Positions 29,134 through 38,800 of a stretch of DNA of 64,000 nucleotides are shown one piece after another. Made by a program: the position numbers and the translations under genes. The notes under the pieces are model-generated. The model was given only the letters and a program-made list of their open reading frames with translations, made no database searches and was not told where the DNA came from. The DNA is from an uncultured Clostridia bacterium (GTDB lineage Bacteria > Bacillota > Clostridia > Christensenellales > CAG-917). The DNA lies in contig CANRBM010000001.1 in the NCBI GenBank assembly GCA_947628855.1, positions 575 through 64,574 on the forward strand, written 5' to 3'. The first letter of the stretch is position 1, and each line of letters starts with the position of its first letter.

Positions 29134-30063
29134 ATGCCACTTGTTACATCAACCGAAATGTTCAAAAAAGCGTACGAGGGCGGATATGCTATAGGCGCTT
29201 TCAACGTCAACAATATGGAGATCATCCAGGGCATCGTCGAGGCGGCTACGGAGGAGAATGCTCCTCTCATCCTGCAGGTCTCGTCCGGCGCGCGCAAGTA
29301 TGCGAACACCACCTACCTCACGAAAATGGTAGAGGCGGCGGTCGAGACGAGCGGTCTCCCCATCTGCTTGCACCTCGATCACGGCGACAGCTTTGCGCTG
29401 TGCAAGGATTGTGTTGACAGCGGATTTACGTCCGTCATGATAGACGCGAGCGCGCATCCCTTCGCCGAGAACATCAGCATAACAAAGCAGGTAGTCGAAT
29501 ATGCGCACGATCACGGCGTAGTCGTCGAGGCGGAGCTCGGAAAGCTCGCAGGCATCGAGGACGCCGTCAATGTCTCCGATAAGGACGCCGCTTTCACAGA
29601 CCCCGATCAAGTGCAGGAGTTCGTCACAAAGACGGGCGTTGACTCCCTCGCCATCGCGATCGGCACCTCCCACGGCGCATACAAGTTCAAGGGCGAGCCT
29701 AAGCTCCGTTTCGACATCCTCGAAGAGGTCGGCAAGCGTTTGCCCGGTTTCCCCATCGTCCTGCACGGCGCCTCCTCCGTCCCCGAAGAGCTTGTCAAGA
29801 TAGTCAACGAGTACGGCGGCAATATGCCAAACGCTAAGGGCGTGCCCGAGGAAATGCTGCGTAAAGCCGCGTCTATGGCGGTCTGCAAGATCAACATCGA
29901 CTCCGACCTGCGCATCGCCGTCACCGGCGCCATCCGCGAGCACTTTGCGCTCAACCCCTCGCACTTCGACCCGCGTCAATACCTCGGACCCGCAAGGGAA
30001 GCAGTCAAGAAAGTCGTCAAACATAAGATCGAGTGCGTGCTCGGTTGCGCCAATAAGGCGTAA
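29134..30063 (+). CDS. fba: class II fructose-bisphosphate aldolase
   Basis: MPLVTSTEMF...GYAIGAFNVNN, LHLDHG, HGASSVP. The ATG at 29134 follows GGAGG; the track ORF begins at 29068. Confidence 0.93.
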   Translation: MPLVTSTEMFKKAYEGGYAIGAFNVNNMEIIQGIVEAATEENAPLILQVSSGARKYANTTYLTKMVEAAVETSGLPICLHLDHGDSFALCKDCVDSGFTSVMIDASAHPFAENISITKQVVEYAHDHGVVVEAELGKLAGIEDAVNVSDKDAAFTDPDQVQEFVTKTGVDSLAIAIGTSHGAYKFKGEPKLRFDILEEVGKRLPGFPIVLHGASSVPEELVKIVNEYGGNMPNAKGVPEEMLRKAASMAVCKINIDSDLRIAVTGAIREHFALNPSHFDPRQYLGPAREAVKKVVKHKIECVLGCANKA

Positions 30064-30070
30064 GTTTTTC

Positions 30071-31022
30071 GTGGGCTGCGCGCCCACACTGCGGCAAGGG
30101 ACTTCGTCGTCCCACGCAGGGCTGCGAGCCCCGCACCCTCGGCAAAGGGCGCTTTGCCCTTTGCGATCCCAAGCTAAAAAGCGCGAATGTGGCTCTTTCA
30201 TCGCTACATTCGCGCTTTTTGGATCGTGTGTAAGGTATGAACTCCTGCGTGATAGCTTGATTTTAATGTTACTTATTAGTCCTAGTATTTATTTTATGTC
30301 ATTCCGAGCTTGTCGAGGAATCCCCAAGTCCGAGCGAATAAACGTACCCTCTGTCCGAGCGTACTTATACTCGGACGGACGCCTTGTCCGAGCGATATCG
30401 CGGAGCAAGCGGGATATACTCACGTACGCAGTGAGGGCGTGTCTGCACCCCACAAAAACATTTCATATTTTTGCGGGGACCCCGCAATCTCTTTGATAAA
30501 CGCTAGTAAAAAGAAAAAGCGGGCGTAAGCCCGCGTCCCCAAGCGCAAAAAATAGCGAGATATGAGCATTATTTAGTTAGAGTTTTGTGTAACTTTTATT
30601 GTGAATTGCGAAGCGTTAAGTTTTTTGCGCGCGGAGTGGCGCAGCATTGTGCGGTGGGCTTTATGGCACCTTACTTCGTAATGGTGCTCAGCCCTAAGCA
30701 AATGCAAGCGCGAGCGCAGCCCCTTCCCGCCCTGCCGCGGCGTAATGCTTGGGCTGTGTTTGCGCTTGTAACGAAGCGTTTGTCTGGGGCGATATCGGGG
30801 CCCCCGCAAAAAGTATTTTTTGTGGGGTATAGCTGGGGAGTCCTGAGTGCAGTGTGCCTTTACCCCAAAAAATCACTTCGTAATTATTTTGGGGACCCCC
30901 AATATCCCTCGGACAAGCGTTATCATCGCTGCACGTAACGAAGGGAGAGGTTGGGTCTTTCACTCCCTTGTCTGAGCCGCCAACGCTGGACGTGCTTGAA
31001 CTCTAGTAACCTCTGTCCGAGC
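30071..31022. repeat. intergenic modular hairpin repeat cluster (copy 4)
   Basis: Element A(+) lies at 30071-30265. Block B(+) at 30298-30478 is the reverse complement of 28585-28776. Further modules are shared, inverted, with 57300-57612 and 6497-6575. Confidence 0.85.
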
Positions 31023-31156
31023 ATATTTAAGGCGTTATTATATTCTTGCAATGATATTAGAGGGCGTATCATATATGCGCAATGTAAAAATTTTACAAAA
31101 AATTTTTATGCAAGAGAATTGCATAAATATGCAGAAAAATTTATAAAGATTATACA

Positions 31157-31185
31157 TTTACAAAATGGGGAAGGATTGATATAAT
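31157..31185 (+). promoter_or_regulatory. sigma-A-like promoter with extended -10
   Basis: TTTACA, 17-nt spacer, TATAAT preceded by TGa. It lies about 175 nt upstream of the aminopeptidase ATG. Confidence 0.5.
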
Positions 31186-31361
31186 CAAGTTGCCCGCGAG
31201 GCGGCGAGACAGACGCAATACTTTTGCCGCGGAGGCGCGAAAAATATATGTTGCCGCGGGTATGTCGCAGCAGGGCGGCGTAATAAGATATGTTGCCGCT
31301 AGGCGATGTGAATGTGTATTTTGCAGCCGGGCGGGCGCAAATGTAAGTTTCGAGGTGAGGC

Positions 31362-32480
31362 ATGATAAGAGACGAGAGGCAGATCAAATTGGCGAAAAAT
31401 CTTGTCAACTACTCCTGCAAAGTGAAAAAGGGGGACAAGGTGTGGCTGGACGTCATCGGCGATTGCGGAAATTTGGCGGAAATTGTCGTAAAAGAGATAT
31501 ATGCGGCGGGCGGGGTGCCATTTGTCAACATAGAGGACAGGCGCATGCTCCGCGCGGTGCTTATGGGCGCGAGCGCCGAACAGCTTGAAATAATGAGCGA
31601 GCGGGACTGCGCGCTTATGGACAAAATGGACTGTTATATCGGCATACGCGGCGGCAACAACAGCTATGAACTGAGCGACGTGCCCGAGGAGAGGATGCGC
31701 GCATACGAGACGATATATTCCACGCCAGTGCACAGCTTGAGGCGCGTCGCGCATACGCGGTGGGTGATATTGCGCTATCCGACGGAGGGCATAAGCCAGC
31801 TTGCGGGGATGTCCACGGAGGCGTTTGAGGACTACTATTTTGACGTATGTTGTCTCGATTACGGCAAGATGAGCAGGACGATGGACGCGCTCAAGGATCT
31901 GATGGACAGGACGGACAGGGTGCGCATAGTCGCAAAGGACACCGACCTCACATTTTCCATAAAGGGGATACCCGCCATAAAGTGCGCGGGGGAGTGCAAT
32001 ATCCCGGACGGAGAAGTGTACACCGCGCCCGTGAAGGACAGCGTGAACGGGCATATCCACTACAATGTGCCGTCTATCGAGAGCGATTTTCGCTTCGAGG
32101 ACGTGCGGTTGGAGTTTGAAAACGGCAAGATAGTGCAAGTTTCGGCAAATAATACGGCGAGAGCGACGGCGCTTTTCGATACAGACGAGGGCGCGCGATA
32201 TGTGGGGGAATTTGCCATAGGCGTAAATCCATACGTAACAAAACCCATCGGCGACATATTGTTTGACGAGAAGATAAGCGGCTCCGTGCACTTCACCCCG
32301 GGTTGCTGCTATGACGACGCGCCAAACGGCAATAAGAGCGCGCTGCATTGGGACCTCGTGCTTTGCCAAACTCCCGAATACGGCGGAGGGGAGATATATT
32401 TCGACGACGTGCTCATAAGAAAGGACGGGCGATTCGCGCTGCCCGAACTCGAATGTTTGAACCCCGAAAACCTCATGTAA
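31362..32480 (+). CDS. M29-family aminopeptidase (AmpS/PepS-like)
   Basis: Family-typical N-terminus (LAKNLVNYS..VKKGDKVWL) and C-terminal H...DxV motifs. GAGGTGAGG RBS. Confidence 0.8.
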   Translation: MIRDERQIKLAKNLVNYSCKVKKGDKVWLDVIGDCGNLAEIVVKEIYAAGGVPFVNIEDRRMLRAVLMGASAEQLEIMSERDCALMDKMDCYIGIRGGNNSYELSDVPEERMRAYETIYSTPVHSLRRVAHTRWVILRYPTEGISQLAGMSTEAFEDYYFDVCCLDYGKMSRTMDALKDLMDRTDRVRIVAKDTDLTFSIKGIPAIKCAGECNIPDGEVYTAPVKDSVNGHIHYNVPSIESDFRFEDVRLEFENGKIVQVSANNTARATALFDTDEGARYVGEFAIGVNPYVTKPIGDILFDEKISGSVHFTPGCCYDDAPNGNKSALHWDLVLCQTPEYGGGEIYFDDVLIRKDGRFALPELECLNPENLM

Positions 32481-32522
32481 TATTAAAACTTTTTAAGAAT
32501 AAAAAAATAAAAAATTTTTAAA

Positions 32523-32545
32523 GCGCTTCCCGCGGGGCGCTTTAT
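32523..32545 (+). terminator. weak intrinsic terminator candidate
   Basis: Hairpin gcgcttcc-cgc-ggggcgc followed by ttta. Confidence 0.35.
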
Positions 32546-32846
32546 ACATAATTTTGTATAAAAATTTCGTATGGCGCGATATTGCGCGAGACAGTGATAT
32601 TGCGCCGTAAAAATGCATAAATTTTTTGGATTTATGCATAAATTTGAGGGGGTTTATACATTTATTTTGCATAAAACCTCGCTGTTTAATTGAATTTTAA
32701 TTATATTTAGTGCATAAAAACAGTTGCCTTATCGCAGTTTTTTTGCTAAAATGATAACCTACACGATCCATAATGTGAGATTAGTATAAATATATATTCT
32801 CATTATGCAGATATTAGCCGATGTAATAGTTCGGCTTGGAGGCAGT

Positions 32847-35800
32847 ATGAACAGGACTAAAATACTCGGAAGGATCTCTCTTGTTTTGGTGGCGGTGCTC
32901 GTCTTCACCGCGGTTTTCAATATGGCTTACACGGGCGTCATAAACTTCGGCGGCGGCTCTGCCGATCCCGCGGGGGTCGCGACGGCGAGCAGCTCTATTC
33001 AAAAATCCGACATGAACATGGACTCCATCAGAGAGAAGTATCTCAATTTCGAAACAGTCGAAAAGAATACCGCCGCTTTTGACGGCGAGCGTTGGGTCAT
33101 CGTCGAGCTTGACGCGTCTTCTCTTTATGACGAGTTCAAAAAGAACACGAGATTTACGGATCTGACAGAGTATCTGAAGAGCGTCGAGGCGCAGAAGGCT
33201 CTTGCGAGCTTGAGAGCAAAACAGAGCCGTTTCCTCACAAAACTCGACAAATACGGCATCGACTACACTTTCAAATACAACTACTCCACATTGAGCGCGG
33301 GCGTCGCCATCAAGATCAACGCTTCCGCATACAACACTATTGCGGCGATGAGCGGCGTCAAGGGCGTCTACTATTCCGAAAGCTATGCCGTCCCCGAATA
33401 CACCGCGGTCGAAAACGACGCGAACGTGTACTCGACGGGTATCTATGACACTAAAGACCTCATCAACGTCGATACGAACGGAGACAATGTTAAAGAGACC
33501 TATCAAGGGCAAGGCATGGCGGTCGCCATTCTCGACACAGGTCTCGATCGTACTCATGAGGCATTCGACGTCAAGACTTTCAAAGAGAACCTCAAAGAGG
33601 CGGGCAGCGAGAATGAGTTGCACTTCAACAAGCAACAAATCGCAGACTTGCTTAGTCAAAAAGTTTTTAATGCGGAGCAATTCGGCGCGGGCGTAAACGA
33701 CGTCTACTACAATGAGAAGGTCCCCTTCGCATTTGACTATGCGGACGACGATCCAGAAGTTTTCCCCGGATATTCCAACCACGGCACTCACGTCGCGGGC
33801 ATTGTCGCAGGACAGAGCGATTATATCGTCAACGAGGAGACAAAAGAGACTTTCCGCGGCGTTGCGCCTCTTGCACAGCTTGTCATATGCAAGGTGTTTA
33901 CGGACAACCTTTATAGCGATACGCTTGGCGGCGCGAACGACATAGACATCGTCGCGGCGCTCGACGATTGCGTCAAGCTTGGCGTTGACGTCATCAACAT
34001 GAGCCTCGGCACCTCCGCAGGCTTTGCGGACGAGAAGTCAAAGAGTTATCAAGAAAACGTCTACTACAAGATAAGAGAGGCGGGCATAAGCCTCGTTTGC
34101 GCGGCGAGCAACGATTATAGCTCGGGCTACGGCGGCGGCAACGGCACCAACCTTGCTTCCAACCCCGACAGCGGCACGGTCGGCTCTCCTTCCTCATATT
34201 ACACCGCGCTTTCCGTAGCGTCCATAAACGGCAAGAAGTCCAAATATTTGCAGGGCAACAACGATACGGAGCAGGTCGCTTTCATCACCAACGCGTCGGA
34301 CGGCGACGGCAACAGGATAGAATTCATCGAGGAGCTCTATAAGCAACTCGAGGAAAAATACGGAGACGCAAGCAAGGATCTGAGAGGCGGCGAGGTCTTT
34401 GATAAGGAACTCGGCAAAACAAATCTCAACCTAAAATATGTGCTTGTCGGCGGCGTGGGACGTCCGAACAACTACAGTGCGACGATAAGAAATCAACTGC
34501 GTACAAGAACTTACAACGGCGAACCCGTGGACGGCACGATAGCGCTCATCAAGCGCGGCGACACGTCATTTGAAGAGAAGGTCCAAGAGGCTATGTCCAA
34601 CGGCGCCGACGCCGTCATCATCTACAACAACGTTTCGGGTACCATCAACATGAGCCTGGGCGAGGTCAACGATCCCGTCCCGACCTGCCTCATCACGATG
34701 GACGCGTCCGCTCCATTTGTGGACTTCGCACAAAGCCACGGCAACATCGGCACCGTACAGGTCGCGGACAGCTTCGAGGCAGGTCCGTTTATGTCCGACT
34801 TCTCAAGCTGGGGTCCCGTTTCCAACCTCACCCTCAAGCCCGAGATCACGGCGCACGGCGGCGAGATAACATCCGCAGTCCCCGGCGCATACGACGTGCT
34901 GAGCGGCACCTCTATGGCGTCCCCGAACATGGCGGGCGCAGTCGCTGTGCTCCGTCAATATCTGCAAAAGACGACAGAGCTCACAGGCAACGAGCTCAAC
35001 GCGCGCGTCAATCAAGTGCTTATGAGCACGGCTACGATCGCTCGCAACGAGGAGGGCAATCCCTATTCTCCGCGCAAGCAGGGCGCAGGTCTTGCGGGCA
35101 TTTCGGACGCGGTGTTCAGCGAGGGCTACATCACCGTAAAGGCGAATGAGAAGATATATTCCAAGGACAATGCTGCCACGAAGTACAGCATTGTGGCGGA
35201 CGAAAAAGGCGTAGAGTGGCTGGACAAGACAAAGCTCGAGCTGCTTGACGATCCCGACAGGAAGGGCGAATATGAGTTGAAGTTTACGGTGCACAACACG
35301 TCGAAAGAGACTCAGATCTACGCGCCCACGACTTACGTCATGACGGAGACTCTCGCCTCCGACAAGAGGACGGTCGCAGAGAAGGCGTACATGCTCACCG
35401 ATATGTGCGATATCGTATATAGCGGCGCGGGCTATGCGGACGGCAAGATCACCGTTCAAGCGGGGCAGAGCGTTGAGATCACGGTGAAGATAACGCTCCA
35501 ACAGGCGGCGAAAGATTACTTCGAGCAGACGCTTTCGAGGACGGTCATCGGCACGAACGGCAGACCTACCAGCGTGTCGTACAAGCCCTTTGCAAACGGC
35601 ATGTATGTCGAGGGATTCGTGTCCCTTGACAATGTGACATACAAGGATCAGCCGGATCACAAGGACGGCGTTACGCTGGGCGTCCCGTATCTTGCTTTCT
35701 ACGGAAAGTGGATAGACGCTCCGCTGTTCGACTATGACATCTACGAGGTGTCCGAGATCGAGGCAAACAGCGCAATAGATTTTGAAAATAAGCTCAAGAC

Positions 35801-38800
35801 CACCTCTCTCGCGTCTCAAGTCATAGGAATGTATCACAACGACGATTACATCATCCCCCTCGGCTCTTATCTGTACGAGATAGACGAGGAAGAGGACGAC
35901 ATTTATCCCGCGCGAGACAAAATTGCGCTTTCGCAATACGATCGAGAGGGCAGCTACACCGTGTACGAGCTGTATGCGGCTTATGCGGGACTTTTGAGAA
36001 ACGCATCCCAAGTCAAGACGACCGTGACGAACGCTAAGACGGGCGAGGTCGTCTATGAAGAGATACTGAACAACGTCGGCAAAGCATATTCCGCGGGCGG
36101 CGGCAACAGGGGCGCGTTTGTCAGATACGAGATCAATCCCTCCGAGTGGGGTTGGCAGAACAACGACGAGTTCTATTTCAAGGTCGAGGGTTGGCTGGAT
36201 TACAGCAATGACAACAAGCCTCTCGACTATACCAATGAGATCAATCCCGCGCAATCACAAGCGGTGGACGACGAGATATTGACGGCGTGGACGGGAAAGA
36301 GAAACACCTTTGAATTCCCTCTCACTATAGACTATGAGACGCCGCAGATCACGGATTATAAGATACGTTTCGACTCATACAAGGAGTACGGCGTAACTAA
36401 GTATCGTACCTATCTCGATCTGGACGTTTATGACAATCAATATGTAATGGCGGTGTTGCCGTGCTACCTCAAAGAGGAAAAAGAGGGCAAGCTTGGCACC
36501 TACCTCAACTTGCTCACGGAGTATCCTATCCCCGTTTACGGCGAGAAGGGCGGGACGTCCAAAGTGTCCATAGATATCACGGACTATTATGAGGAGTATG
36601 TGCTCAACGCGGATAACAATGGGGACAAGTCGCTGTACATCCAAGTCGAGGACTACGCGATGAACTCCGAGGTGTACGTCATCTATCTCGACGAGGATTC
36701 GCTCAGCTATCCCGAGGATCCCGAGCAGATCACTTTCGTTTCAGACAGCAAGTTGCAACAGACGGACAGACTCGAAAAGAATGTGGACGGCACGTTCTAT
36801 CACACCTATACGCTCACTCTCAAGCCCTTCGAGCTTTACAAACTCAATGTCCCGAGCGCTATCGAGAAAGAGTATATAACGCAAAATCTGACCTGGCAGG
36901 GCGCAAACGACTGCGTGCTTGTGCAGGGAGACGAGATATTTGCTCTCAGATCCGGTTGGCCCGCGAAATTGGAGCTTTATGCGACCATGACTCGTGAGGT
37001 CGGCAACAGTTCGGAAGAGTATGATCGCGTATACGCCGAAATATCGGTACAAGTCGAATCCGGTCCCAAGCAAAGCATGCCTTCGGCAAGCAGTCTGAAT
37101 TTCAAACCCGTGCATGCGGGCGACAACCACATCGTCAATCTGGACGGACTTGCTACAGTCGAGGTCAATCCCAACCAAAACTCGGACGACGAGCCGTTTG
37201 TGCTTGAACCTTACATCTCGCCCTGGTACTTTGAGGCGGCTTACAAGGAAGAAACAGGCAAGGATTTCGAATTTGAGTGGAGGTCCGCAAACGTCGATAT
37301 CGCAACTGTCGAAAACGGAAAGGTGACCTTCATCAAACACGGAAATGTCAACATAACCTGCTCCGCGGCAGACAAGGATAATTACCGCTATCTGAATAAG
37401 TCGGTCAACTTCGCGGTCGGCGAGGACTACTACGTCAACAATTATTATCTGTATGAGTGGTATGGCGGACAGAAAGTCGAGCTTCCGTCAGACGTCAACG
37501 TGTTCTACCTCAGTGATGAGTGTTTCAGAAACGACACGAAGATCACGGAAGTCGTCCTGCCCGATATGCTCATGGAGATACCCGACTTCGCATTCCAAAA
37601 CTGCACGAATCTGAAGACGATAACTATACCCAGCCAGTGCGCGTATATAGGGCCGCACGCTTTTGACGGCTGCACGAGCCTGGAGACGGTGATATTCCCC
37701 GCATACGTGGATTCCAACAAGGATCCCGTGCCCGGATATTACGGTTCCATCGCGGTAGGGCACTATGCATTCAGAAATTGTACGAGCCTCAAGAATTTCG
37801 TCACAGGCGAGCTCAACAGCGAGGGCAAACTTGATTTGAACAAGATATCTCACAGAATGACCGTCATGTATGACGGCGCATTCAGCGGCTGTACGGGACT
37901 TGAGAGCATTGACCTAAGCAAATTGCGCGTGGTCGGTACGGGCGTGTTTGCGGGCTGCACGGGGCTTCAAAGCGTCACGACGACAGCGTCTACGGCATTC
38001 GGTCCGTACATGTTTGACGGCTGCGTAAAATTGAACAACATCAAGTTTGAGGGCTCCACGTTGCCCGCGTACGCTTTCAACGGCTGCACGGGACTTACAA
38101 ACTTCACGTTTGGAAATCAGACGTTGCTCGGCATAGGCGACTACGCGCTTGCGGGCACGGGCATATCCACTATAAAACTTCCCGCGGGCGAATATACTGT
38201 GGGTAGCGGCGCATTTGCAAATTGCGCAAGCTTGAAGACCGTGACCGTGGATCAAGGCGCAAAACTTACGTTCACGGGCGAGAACCCCTTCAAGGGTTGC
38301 AACGGGCTGACATACGCAGTCGAAGGAACAGGCGAGGCGTACAAAGTCGATACGGACGGCGCGCTGTATTCGTTTGATGGCAAGACTGTCATCTCCGTAC
38401 CTTCGGACAAGGCGAACTACACTTTGCCGGAGGGAGTCACGACCATAGGCGACGGCGCGCTTTCGGGCAGCGCTGTCACGACGCTAGACTTGACGAATAT
38501 CACAAATATTGGCAAGTATGCCTTTGCGGGCAGCAAGCTCACGTCTATCAATTGGCCCGCCGGCATTGAGGAGATACCCGAAGGCGCGTTCAGCGGCTGC
38601 ACGAATCTTGCAACCGTCACAGGTCTTGACAATGTAAAGAAAGTGGGCGCGTACGCATTTGAGGGCTGCACCTCGCTTGCGGAGCTTACTTTTAACACGG
38701 TAACCGAGGTCGGAGATCATGCCTTCGATATGATGGATCATATGTCTATGAAGGCGGCTAAAAACAAGCTTAAGACAGTAAACGCGACAAATCTTCAAAA

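Noticed and set aside
28294-31022. Composite transposon carrying fba (and a similar one carrying spoVFAB)
   Set aside because: No transposase or integrase ORF, no clear terminal inverted repeats with target-site duplications, and the cargo consists of core genes. I treat this as repeat accumulation or recombination substrates rather than a mobile element.
31186-31361. Known riboswitch or T-box in the aminopeptidase leader
   Set aside because: I could not find the T-box specifier/antiterminator motif or any riboswitch core that I recognise. I kept it only as an unexplained repeat-containing leader.
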